DNA of 64,000 nucleotides from Candidatus Thorarchaeota archaeon (GCA_046482545.1 JAWOEX010000032.1:32001-96000), one strand, 5' to 3'. Counted from the first letter of the stretch, positions 11,133 to 20,119 are shown. Notes: generated by a model from the letters alone, not told the origin. Program-made: numbers and translations.

Positions 11133-12125
11133 TCATGCGGTCAGTGCTTCTGAGTGTGCAAAGGTAGCTGGAAGGCCCCCAGTATGCCAGAAGAGAATTG
11201 ATCCATTCTTCTGGAGATCATCAACCATGGCCATTCTCATTAGTGCCAATCCGGCTTTGGCTGTATATACCGGGTCGAGAATAACTCCATCCATCTTGGC
11301 AAATGTTCCAATTGTGCTTCGTACTCCATCGGTTACTACACCATAACCCTCGTTGAGGAACGTATCATCTATTTGAATTGCTCTTCTGGTTTCGGGGATT
11401 GTATCGGGGTACTCATTGTGCATTTCCTTCAGAAGCGATGATATACGAGAGTGACAGCCATCGGTATCAAATAGCACACTAACGCCGACAATATCAATGT
11501 CCATTCCAGCTATTTCAGCTCCAGCCAACATACCTGCGAGAGTACCGCCAGTTCCGACGGGTACGATGATTTTGTCGATATCCAGTTCGTCTTCAATCAT
11601 CTGTTCTTTTAGTTCCAGCATTGCTTGAACATAGCCGAGGCATCCCGTTGCAGTAGCAGCACCGGCTGGAATAGCATAGGGGCTTAGGCCTAACTCGCAT
11701 AGTGTATCGACAACGTCATCGAGTCTTTCATGCAATTCTTCAAATCCCGCATCTTCATAATACTTGATTTCGGCTCCCAGCAAGCCATCTAGCAAATGAT
11801 TACCCTTAGGCACTTCAGGCTCTTTCCCTCCAAGCAACAATACACATCGCAGTCCCAAATTAGCCGCGAAAGCGGCCGTCTGTCTGCAGTGGTTGCTCTG
11901 TAGTCCCCCAACTGTAACGAGAGTATCCGCCCCTTGTTCAAGCGCTTTCCCAACAACGAATTCGAGCTTACGGGTCTTGTTACCGCCCGCGCCTATTCCT
12001 GTTAGGTCGTCTCTCTTTATGTAAAGACTGTTCACTTCTAATGAATCTGCTAGGTTGTGGAGTTCATGAATCGGAGTTGGAAGAAAAGCACGGTGCACCC
12101 GAGGGATGTGAGATAGCAATGACAT
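11133..12125 (-). CDS. PLP-dependent D-cysteine desulfhydrase / ACC deaminase family
   Basis: KRDDLTG..GGNKTRKLEF, QSNHCR, GTGGT, LDPVYTAK, WHTGG. Confidence 0.92.
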   Translation of the reverse strand: MSLLSHIPRVHRAFLPTPIHELHNLADSLEVNSLYIKRDDLTGIGAGGNKTRKLEFVVGKALEQGADTLVTVGGLQSNHCRQTAAFAANLGLRCVLLLGGKEPEVPKGNHLLDGLLGAEIKYYEDAGFEELHERLDDVVDTLCELGLSPYAIPAGAATATGCLGYVQAMLELKEQMIEDELDIDKIIVPVGTGGTLAGMLAGAEIAGMDIDIVGVSVLFDTDGCHSRISSLLKEMHNEYPDTIPETRRAIQIDDTFLNEGYGVVTDGVRSTIGTFAKMDGVILDPVYTAKAGLALMRMAMVDDLQKNGSILFWHTGGLPATFAHSEALTA

Positions 12126-12355
12126 TACCTGGTAACCCCTTTAGAGATATTGAAATTCACCCAGCACGTACAGCGTGAATGGTTCGTCCGACAGGAAATC
12201 AAATTCCTCTTCAAGGTAGTATCCTGCATTCTTCATCTGTTCTATGGTACGTATGTAACTGATGCATAAGTCTTCCGAGAGTTTCTTGGCTACCGGGTCA
12301 TGGCTATTGCGCTAAATCATGATGAACTCGTATCGTCTATTTCTATTACAGATTC

Positions 12356-13318
12356 CTACAGTGAGGCACCACAGTTCTTGCACTTGCTTAGTCCATGCCT
12401 ATTTTTGTGGCCACAATGCGGGCAAATCACAAGGTATGCTATACCGACCTCTGCTTCCTGTGAATTTTCTTGGGTAGAGCTAGTGGCTTTCTCCGGCCCA
12501 GATTGGGATTCGGTTAAGTAGGAAAAAAGCGGTTCGGATGAATTGGCCTCTCCATTCCCAATCACCGGCGATGATTCAATCCAGAGATATGCATCATCTT
12601 GCGTAACATCGAGCCTCCTGCCTTCCACCTTGCAAAGAGTCGCTAGCATGTCATAGTACACATATTCGATGCCCCAAGGCGCAAGCCTATTCTCGGACCC
12701 TCGGCTATCTACTTCGAGCACGCGAAACACTGTATTATTCTCTTTAAGATAGCTCAGTATGGGGCGGAGAGCCATCTCGATATAATGCCTGACTTCCTCA
12801 ATCGTATGATTGTGTTTAGAACGTTTTGTGATTACGAAGCCAAGATACTCGAGGTCCTTCCCGCGTTCTTGAATCATATAGCGGATTCCATCAATCAGCG
12901 GCTGTATCTGCCCCGATAATGCATCACCGAGAACACCGGAATCTGAGGGGTCGATAGTCACAAGGACAGCAGATACATTTTCAACCGCACGCTTAAATTT
13001 GGGTGTCGTTCGGGTATAGTCCTCTCCCCGCATATCTCCCACCCGAAGAGTCATCCCGCTGAACAACCAGCCTAGCTTTACTATTGAACCTTTGAACGAT
13101 ATTCTCTTCTTGAATTCTAAGGGATAGGCGTATTCTTTTACTGTCGGGGGAAGCGGCTTGCCTGATACCATCAAATCAATCCAAAGGCCATAGTCGTCTG
13201 GAAGCTTGTCGAGATTCGCCTCTATCCAGCCCATTTCTGAAAGTCGGTGAATGGAGGCCACCAAGAAGGTAGTTTTTCCCGTCCCCTTATTCCCCAGTAG
13301 TGCGATTGATTTGCCCAT
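12356..13318 (-). CDS. TRAFAC-type P-loop GTPase with C-terminal zinc ribbon
   Basis: G1 GNKGTGKTT, G2 PPT, G3 DMRG, G4-like TKRS; C-terminal CPHC-x10-CKNC; start at MGKSIALLG inferred. Confidence 0.8.
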   Translation of the reverse strand: MGKSIALLGNKGTGKTTFLVASIHRLSEMGWIEANLDKLPDDYGLWIDLMVSGKPLPPTVKEYAYPLEFKKRISFKGSIVKLGWLFSGMTLRVGDMRGEDYTRTTPKFKRAVENVSAVLVTIDPSDSGVLGDALSGQIQPLIDGIRYMIQERGKDLEYLGFVITKRSKHNHTIEEVRHYIEMALRPILSYLKENNTVFRVLEVDSRGSENRLAPWGIEYVYYDMLATLCKVEGRRLDVTQDDAYLWIESSPVIGNGEANSSEPLFSYLTESQSGPEKATSSTQENSQEAEVGIAYLVICPHCGHKNRHGLSKCKNCGASL

Positions 13319-13523
13319 AAGCGGTACACCCGACTCTCTTTGGATATTAATCACGATTAGAATAATAAGGATTGTTTGTCTGAGGAATAAATTCAATCAT
13401 CTGTGAGAACGGAATAAGTTTATCTTTGAAATAGTTGATGCTTGAATAACTGGACATGGCAGAACGCAGTTGATTGCCTGTCGGTTCATGTTTGCATAGA
13501 ATGATTGAGAATCTCGAGGGCTT

Positions 13524-14288
13524 GTGTGTATGTCAGTGTCTCTACCCGATGCAAAGAAGAAAGTAAGCGTTCTAGGTTGTCCTGGTGTTGGGAAGACGAC
13601 GTTCCTAGTGGCAGCAATTCATCAGCTTGACAAGGCTGGATGGGCCCGCGCAGATTTGGAGACACTACCAGCTGAATACGGCACGATAGTTGATAATCTC
13701 GTGGCTGGTAAACCGCTAGCTCCTACAGTAGGCCTTCATGGTTATGTATTTGATTTCAATGATTTCACATATCGGAACTCTGAGGTGAAGGCGGGCTGGT
13801 TTGGAAGTGTTAGCGTGCGCCTTACCGACCTAAGCGGAAAAGATTACCAACACAGTGCATCGCTTTTCAAGCAATCACTAAATGATGTGTATTCAGTGCT
13901 CATTTTGATTGATCCTGCACGGGAGCCCACACTCAAGCATTCTTTGGCTGGTCAAATGGGTCCGATAGTTGAAGCGATTAGGTATATCGCAGTATATGAG
14001 GACGATATCGAGCATATCGGGTTTGTCTTCACAAAGGCATTGTTGCACAATCACGAGTACGGGCGAATGGTTTTGATACTTGAAGAACAGCTTGCACCCG
14101 CTCTAAACAAAGCAAGGCGTGAGGGCATTGATATCAGCTTCATGGAAATTGACAGTAGAGGTCCTGATGAAACACTTGAACCGTTAGGTATCCGGCGCGT
14201 ATTCTATGATGTACTGAGTCGAGAATGCAAAGTCAAGAACGAGAGACTAGATGTAACTGGTCCACTTGAAAGGAGAATTGCAGCATGA
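13524..14288 (+). CDS. TRAFAC-type P-loop GTPase, paralog of the divergent upstream gene
   Basis: G1 GCPGVGKTT, G2 APT, G3 DLSG, G4-like TKAL; shares LSGQI/LAGQM and EVDSRG/EIDSRG blocks with 12356-13318. Confidence 0.8.
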   Translation: MCMSVSLPDAKKKVSVLGCPGVGKTTFLVAAIHQLDKAGWARADLETLPAEYGTIVDNLVAGKPLAPTVGLHGYVFDFNDFTYRNSEVKAGWFGSVSVRLTDLSGKDYQHSASLFKQSLNDVYSVLILIDPAREPTLKHSLAGQMGPIVEAIRYIAVYEDDIEHIGFVFTKALLHNHEYGRMVLILEEQLAPALNKARREGIDISFMEIDSRGPDETLEPLGIRRVFYDVLSRECKVKNERLDVTGPLERRIAA

Positions 14289-15226
14289 GAGCCTATATCC
14301 ACCTACCATTTCAACAGAAACCCGCAGTACTCGGAAAACCGGGTAGAGATGTTATGGAGTCCATACAGTCAAACACAGTACCTCGTAATCTGCCGGTTGA
14401 TTGGTTCAAGGATGCCAATCTGAAGATACTCAGTGCGTTTTGGGCGGGGGAATCCGAACTTGCGATAGCGGTAACGGTCCGTGGAGACAAAGATAGGGCC
14501 GGAAGGGAGAATCTCGTATCTCATGTGGTCGTGTCTGATCAGGAACACTTCCTAATGGATCCTTTGAGTTCACTCAATGTACTTGCTTCGATGTATTCTG
14601 ACTCCCAAATCGCTACGCCTGAAGGACTACTACGAGTTCTGGGTGCTTCGAACAGCATTGTCAAGGACGATGATGGCTGGAATTCCTGGATAAAGAGGAT
14701 ACGCGGCTTTGACCAGGTTTTCTTGAAGAATGCTTTGGGGACAGTTGCAAACAGGCCCTACACCTACTTAGCCTACTCCGAGGAAGACCGGCTTTTCGAC
14801 CTCCTCAGAGTCATCTTCATGATCATCCAGCCGTTTATGGGCAGGAAGTGCTCTTTTGTTTCACTTTTTGGCACATTTGATGAACCTGATAGCTTTGTGA
14901 TTCGTGCGTTTCGAAAAGAATCCAACAAGCTTGATTTGGCAACGGATGAGTTGGATTCCATCAAGGATCAGAATGCATCACTCATTGACCTTCAGGACGA
15001 AAAGATTCTCGAAAATCGGGAAAAGAAGAAGTTACCGGAAGTACTACTCAATGAGCTATACAATGACCCTTGGGTGCGGTTGGGTAGGTATGAACATCTT
15101 TCCATTCTTAGGTACATACTGCAGAAGAAAGCTGCTGGGAATGAAAAGGACCTTCATCCATATTCTGAACAGCTCTTGGAAACCCTCCGGCGACTCAAGC
15201 GAATTGATAAAGAAAGTATGCACTGA
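14285..15226 (+). CDS. GTPase-associated protein, DENN-like / GAP1-like
   Basis: ATGA overlap with upstream GTPase; DRAGRENLVSH motif; cDENN-like pattern (LLRVIFMIIQPF..SFVSL..EPDSFVI..SLIDLQDEKI). The CDS is secure, the family call is inference. Confidence 0.55.
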   Translation: MRAYIHLPFQQKPAVLGKPGRDVMESIQSNTVPRNLPVDWFKDANLKILSAFWAGESELAIAVTVRGDKDRAGRENLVSHVVVSDQEHFLMDPLSSLNVLASMYSDSQIATPEGLLRVLGASNSIVKDDDGWNSWIKRIRGFDQVFLKNALGTVANRPYTYLAYSEEDRLFDLLRVIFMIIQPFMGRKCSFVSLFGTFDEPDSFVIRAFRKESNKLDLATDELDSIKDQNASLIDLQDEKILENREKKKLPEVLLNELYNDPWVRLGRYEHLSILRYILQKKAAGNEKDLHPYSEQLLETLRRLKRIDKESMH

Positions 15227-15243
15227 CTGTGAGGCATCTACTG

Positions 15244-15945
15244 ATGGCGAAAACCATAGTTCTGCTAGGCCCTCCCAAGAGTGGAAAGACATTCTTCAAG
15301 ACTGCTTTCAGTATTGCACTTGAAAAAGAAGGCTGGGGCCATTTAACCCGCATTCTTCCATCATTGGGTCATATCGTGGATTATGCGCTTGCTGAACAAA
15401 CCCCTCCCTACCAAGGCAACAAGGTCCCCGAATATCATGAACTCGAACTAAGAGATGGAACCTCAGTTGAACTAATCGAAGTAACAACCCCTATAGAGAT
15501 GAACAAGCGGGCTGTCAAGAGATTCAAGGATTTCATTGGGAAAGCTCATTGCTTGATTCTATTCTTTCGGTCTATTGAACGAGTGAATCGCGTTACAGCT
15601 GATGACGTAGGAGTTACGGAAGAGCGGAAATACATGGAGCACGAGGTAATGGACCAAGCCAAATTTATGCAGCCACTACTCCTGAACGAACTGAAACCAT
15701 GGTGGAAATTCTGGCGTCGGATGAACCGACTAATGGTTGTGACCACGCTTTGGAAGGGAGACGCCTTGGGTGCCTTACAGTTCGAACAGGATGTAGCGGA
15801 AGCGATGCCTCAGGCTATGCGTTATTTGGGCAAACGCGGCGTAACATATTCTTTTCACACGCTGGATTTTTTGCGCGATGACGGGGGTGTTGCAATTGAG
15901 GAGGTTGAACCTCTAATCCCGCAGATAGTGCGAGCGGTGGAATAG
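15244..15945 (+). CDS. Degenerate P-loop GTPase paralog (probable pseudo-GTPase)
   Basis: GPPKSGKTFF..ALEKEGW matches paralogs; no DxxG G3 (EVTTP) and no TK at G4 (TTLW); alternative GTG start at 15229. Confidence 0.65.
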   Translation: MAKTIVLLGPPKSGKTFFKTAFSIALEKEGWGHLTRILPSLGHIVDYALAEQTPPYQGNKVPEYHELELRDGTSVELIEVTTPIEMNKRAVKRFKDFIGKAHCLILFFRSIERVNRVTADDVGVTEERKYMEHEVMDQAKFMQPLLLNELKPWWKFWRRMNRLMVVTTLWKGDALGALQFEQDVAEAMPQAMRYLGKRGVTYSFHTLDFLRDDGGVAIEEVEPLIPQIVRAVE

Positions 15946-16132
15946 CATGAATTGGCAAAACATGGATTCTGCGATAATGATATAGCGATACATCATGGCT
16001 AATGCGATGACAACAAGAGAGGTCTGAGAGCTACTTCTTTCTAATGTTACTACTCAAGCGTCTAACCTAGATTTACTCCAAGCATTGGTTAGAGAATGGA
16101 TTGAGAAGTATCTTGGCCAACTTTTCTATATG

Positions 16133-16230
16133 ATGTTTGTCAAACATTGATACGTTTGACATTTACCAAATTATTTATAAGGGAACGTGGCTTAGTTTGG
16201 CATACGTCAAACGATGCGAATACATCAAAC
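16133..16230 (+). promoter_or_regulatory. Archaeal TATA promoter flanked by TCAAAC/GTTTGA operator palindromes
   Basis: ATGTTTG-T-CAAACAT (16133-16147), TGTCAAAC-N8-GTTTGACA (16138-16161), TTTATAA (16174-16180), GTTTGGC-ATAC-GTCAAAC (16195-16212), ATCAAAC (16224-16230). Confidence 0.65.
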
Positions 16231-16259
16231 GTTCAACAATCATCGTATGGTGAATAAAA

Positions 16260-17168
16260 ATGGAAGATAAACAAACCACGTTCTTAACAATCTATGAGGA
16301 CATGAAGACAAGCCTAGGGCTGGCTAAGAACAACATGCTCTCTTGTCTCCTAGCTAATCTCGGCATGGCTTTACTCCTCGGTGTAATCTTCGCTATAGTT
16401 TCGATTCCTATTATCGCCGCTGTTGTATTGACTGGTCCCTATGATTGGATGTTAATGGGTCAGATGATGGCGGTTTGGTCTCAAAACAATCCATGGGCCA
16501 TAGGAGGCATACGGCTCATTTTCTTAATACCTATTGCGTCCTTGTTCCTCATTGTTGTGGGCTCGATTTATGGCATCAGCAAGGAAGTTGTCGAGACTGG
16601 CGAGACCAAAGCCGAATCTGCTTTCTCTTGGTTCAGGCACAACTTCTTGACCTTTGCAGGGGCAGGCGTCATGCTTACGCTGATAATTATAGTCCCACAG
16701 CTGGTCGTTGGAGGAGCTATCTCGATAGCTATGAATTACCAAGTGCCGCTTGTCATTTCACAAATCCTCTCAGCAGCTAGCTTCGTGTATACCTTCATTA
16801 CAGTTGGTCTATGTGCCATGGTCCTCCCTGCTATTGTCAATGACCAAGGCGTTCAGGAAGCCTTCAAGGAATCATTCAGTTTGGCTATCGAACACTTTGA
16901 TAGGGTATTCGGTCTTATGACTGGCCTCTTGGTGTTCTTTGTCCTGCTTTTCTCTCCCACCATAGTTTGGGGTTTGATTGCTGGACCTCGTCCCATGATG
17001 GTCCTGAACCCTGCCTCAATTGCTGTAGGTGTCTACACCGTGATTACAGGAATCCTCACGATACTCCTGTTCCTGCCGATGGCGATTATCTCCCTCGTCA
17101 AGGTATATCACGAACTGACCGGAGGTAAAATTGTCAAAGAAACCGAGCCAGAGATACCAATGATATAG
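16260..17168 (+). CDS. Multi-pass membrane protein (about 6 TM)
   Basis: Hydrophobic segments; LPAIV..GVQEAFKESF motif shared with next gene. Confidence 0.8.
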   Translation: MEDKQTTFLTIYEDMKTSLGLAKNNMLSCLLANLGMALLLGVIFAIVSIPIIAAVVLTGPYDWMLMGQMMAVWSQNNPWAIGGIRLIFLIPIASLFLIVVGSIYGISKEVVETGETKAESAFSWFRHNFLTFAGAGVMLTLIIIVPQLVVGGAISIAMNYQVPLVISQILSAASFVYTFITVGLCAMVLPAIVNDQGVQEAFKESFSLAIEHFDRVFGLMTGLLVFFVLLFSPTIVWGLIAGPRPMMVLNPASIAVGVYTVITGILTILLFLPMAIISLVKVYHELTGGKIVKETEPEIPMI

Positions 17169-17237
17169 ATGAATAACACTGGCAGTCCCTCTCTGTTGCA
17201 GAGGGCACTTGCTTGCTATTTACGAGATGAAAAAACA

Positions 17238-18161
17238 ATGTCTATGAAAAACACGGATTTCAAAACGCTATTGAATGATCTCAAGATTAGTCTTCGATTT
17301 GCTGCAAAGAATGTAATTTCCTTCATTCTAGGCATGATTGGTGTGCTTATCGTTTCAGCCTTACTCCTCGGAGTAATTGTGGCTGTCACCTTCCCGGTAG
17401 TCATCCTATCAGCAGGAATGCACCGGATAATCGATTTCATCACAACTCTAAGAACAGTTCTCGGATATATGGAAGGAACAGCGATTATGGCAATAATCGC
17501 CATGATAGCGGTGTCAGCCCTCGCCCCCTTCTTGGTGGCCATAGGTGCCCTATTTGGCATGGGTCGAGAAATTGTTGAGAGTGCGGGAACATCGGCTGAA
17601 GGCGTATTCAAGTGGTACAAGAACAAGTTCTTTTCCCTAGCTGGGGCCGGTATGCTGCAGTTCCTCATACTTGTTTTGCCAGTTGCACTATTGGTGATGT
17701 TCCCTGCACAAGCACCCTTGCCCATTTCCAGTGCTGGCACCTTTGCAATTACATCAACGATTGGAACTGCATACTTTTTGATTGCCGGAAGTATACTCTC
17801 AATGACATTTCCAGCAGTGATCGATGGTCATGGACCAATTGAAGCTGTCAAGGTTTCAGTAGGGCTGTCGATAGACTATGTGGATCGAGTCTTCTCCACG
17901 TGGCTTTCATATCTGGCAATAACAGTACTGCTTTTTGCCCCGATAGTTGTTAGTATCAGAGGGGTTGTATGGTCAGATTCATTCTCCCCTGTAGTAGCCT
18001 TCATGGGCATCTATGGTGTTGTTGCTGTAATCCTGTTAATTTTCTTGGTAATTCCAGCAGCGGTCATCGGCCTGACCAGAATCTATCTAATTTTGAGTGG
18101 GGAAGAGCGACAAATTCCGGAAGATGAACATCCGGACATCAATTTGGTTGGAGATGTTTGA
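17238..18161 (+). CDS. Multi-pass membrane protein, paralog of upstream gene
   Basis: EIVESAGTSAEGVFKWY vs EVVETGETKAESAFSWF; FPAVIDG..EAVKVS; start inferred (ORF track 17169). Confidence 0.8.
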   Translation: MSMKNTDFKTLLNDLKISLRFAAKNVISFILGMIGVLIVSALLLGVIVAVTFPVVILSAGMHRIIDFITTLRTVLGYMEGTAIMAIIAMIAVSALAPFLVAIGALFGMGREIVESAGTSAEGVFKWYKNKFFSLAGAGMLQFLILVLPVALLVMFPAQAPLPISSAGTFAITSTIGTAYFLIAGSILSMTFPAVIDGHGPIEAVKVSVGLSIDYVDRVFSTWLSYLAITVLLFAPIVVSIRGVVWSDSFSPVVAFMGIYGVVAVILLIFLVIPAAVIGLTRIYLILSGEERQIPEDEHPDINLVGDV

Positions 18162-18163
18162 AA

Positions 18164-18811
18164 ATGGCGAAGAAAAGCAATGCACCACCAATGAAAGACT
18201 TGAAGGTCATCGAAGATGCAAAGACAATCAAGCTGCTCTTCGAACCAACTCGAGCAAATATTGTCTTCAAATACCTGACCAAGGGTACCATGACTGTCAA
18301 ACAACTGGCTGATGCACTTGATAAAAATCCTGGGACAATTCTACATCATATTGACAAACTCAAGGATGCGGGATTAGTTGTTCAGGATTATACGGAACCA
18401 ACAAACACCGGAATAGTTCAACGTTACTACCGTGCTACAGCTAGGGAGTATCGCCTTGGTATCAGCGGAATGATGCAAACTGATGGCGGAGTAGCTGAGT
18501 TTGCAAAAGAACGGCTCAGGTCCATGGTCAAAAGTCTCTCAGTGTATGGAATCGACATTCCGGAAGATGAGATTCCAAACGCAACCGAGGTACTAAGGCG
18601 CTTAATCGAGCGGGAGAATGCAGTGAGTTCGGCCTTGTCCATTGTGGACGAGACAGAATATGAGGATCTCTCACGATCCCTCCGCAACGATGCATCGCGA
18701 ATCATGCGTCGATTTGCTCTAGAAGAAGATTCGCAATACAGAGAACGCAGGAGAGTATGGCATGAGTTTTTGCGTAAACACAAGAAGAATGATGTGATTG
18801 ACAATGAGTAA
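18164..18811 (+). CDS. ArsR-type winged-helix transcriptional regulator
   Basis: LFEPTRANIV..MTVKQLADAL..ILHHIDKLKDAGLV..RYYRATA. Confidence 0.88.
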   Translation: MAKKSNAPPMKDLKVIEDAKTIKLLFEPTRANIVFKYLTKGTMTVKQLADALDKNPGTILHHIDKLKDAGLVVQDYTEPTNTGIVQRYYRATAREYRLGISGMMQTDGGVAEFAKERLRSMVKSLSVYGIDIPEDEIPNATEVLRRLIERENAVSSALSIVDETEYEDLSRSLRNDASRIMRRFALEEDSQYRERRRVWHEFLRKHKKNDVIDNE

Positions 18812-19571
18812 TTACGAACGAAACAACGCGATGGTAGCTTGCATAATAGCCGTACTCATTATCGGAGCTGTAGGAGTAGGAGCTCTGGTATGGTTAGGCG
18901 GAACTAATTGGAGTGGCTTCGGAGGCCCGAATTGGAACACAACAACAGACTTCACTTTCGAAGAAATGGAATCAACCATGCCAGATTCAGTCTCTCTCGA
19001 TGTAGATTTGAATGCTGGTGAATTGAATATTGTCTTTGTTGACGATTCAGAGCTTCTATACCGTTTCGATTTGGAGGTACCCAACAGAACCATATCCCAA
19101 CATGGAAATCCATCAGTGAGCTATAGCTCGGATGTCATTGCGCTTGACTATGCGGCTGCCAAGGCTAACCTCACGCTTGGTAGTGGAACCAACTACACCA
19201 TGTCTTTCGATGTGCAAGCTGGAGGCGTTCAGCTGACAATCGGCGAGAATGCTCATGTTGGAGATTTGAATATCACAACTGAAGCAGGGGGCATTGACCT
19301 AACAGCAACCGATAGTGCCTTCTATAGTGGTGATGTTCAGTTCAATTTAGCTGCTTCAACAGGGGGCATAACGATGAATGTTGACCTGCCCTCTACCATT
19401 GGCGGCAGTTTCACTGGTACTACGTCTCTAGGTGGAGTGGATGTATCCACATCTACGTGGACCCAAACGTCAACAGGCAATTACGAAACTTCCAACTATG
19501 ATACGGCATCTCAAACGGTTACAATCACGGCCACGGCCACCCTAGGCGGAATTCAAGCTACCCTAGCTTAG
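18804..19571 (+). CDS. Membrane-anchored beta-strand-repeat protein (LiaG/DUF4097 toast-rack-like)
   Basis: N-terminal TM; repeated AGGV/AGGI/TGGI/LGGV/LGGI beta-repeats; S/T-rich. Confidence 0.7.
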   Translation: MSNYERNNAMVACIIAVLIIGAVGVGALVWLGGTNWSGFGGPNWNTTTDFTFEEMESTMPDSVSLDVDLNAGELNIVFVDDSELLYRFDLEVPNRTISQHGNPSVSYSSDVIALDYAAAKANLTLGSGTNYTMSFDVQAGGVQLTIGENAHVGDLNITTEAGGIDLTATDSAFYSGDVQFNLAASTGGITMNVDLPSTIGGSFTGTTSLGGVDVSTSTWTQTSTGNYETSNYDTASQTVTITATATLGGIQATLA

Positions 19572-19578
19572 TTAAACT

Positions 19579-19616
19579 GGGAGAGAGGCAAACCCTCTCC
19601 CTTCTGCTTTTCTTTT
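19579..19616 (+). terminator. Hairpin + T-rich tract after the operon
   Basis: GGGAGAG-N9-CTCTCCC followed by TTCTGCTTTTCTTTT. Confidence 0.6.
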
Positions 19617-19639
19617 GACATGTTTGGGGCTTCAATTTG

Positions 19640-19890
19640 AAACAGGTTATCTTGTGAGTGTGACAGTTACTCACTTTTCTGCAGATAGACATCGGCCCAA
19701 GCTCCTCCCCACTTGATTCACGAATTTCGATTCGCGTAGATAACTCTGTGATTTAAATCTTGGAGCAACATGTGAAAGGGTGTGCTGTCAAGGATTATTG
19801 CTTTCTTTCTTTCCGATTCTACTACCCTAAGATTAGCTCTCTTCTGTCTAGTCATATCTCATGGAATTATAGCCCCGGTTCCGTCACTTC
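19640..19890 (-). pseudogene. Decayed PAS/PAC sensor fragment
   Basis: Manual minus-strand translation gives DMTRQKRANLRVVESERKKAIILDSTPFHMLLQDLNHRVIYANR (PAC-PAS junction) flanked by stops and a frameshift. Confidence 0.55.
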
Positions 19891-20119
19891 TCGGGAAATC
19901 CATTAGACCTGCTATTTATTCTAATGAGTTGTATAATAATTCGGAGGTCATAAGAAATTGTCTTGTGACGAACAATTTCGTGTTCAATATTTGGGTCTAC
20001 ATTTCAAAGCGGATACATAGCTCTTTCACAATGAGCATATGAATTCAGACCCGAAACATTCTCACCAATTATAGTTGCAATCCACGGAGTTATAATGCGG
20101 TGTAGACTGTAAAAAATCA

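Noticed and set aside
19782-20042. 86-aa + strand ORF
   Set aside because: It is the antisense shadow of the PAS relic; no motif support
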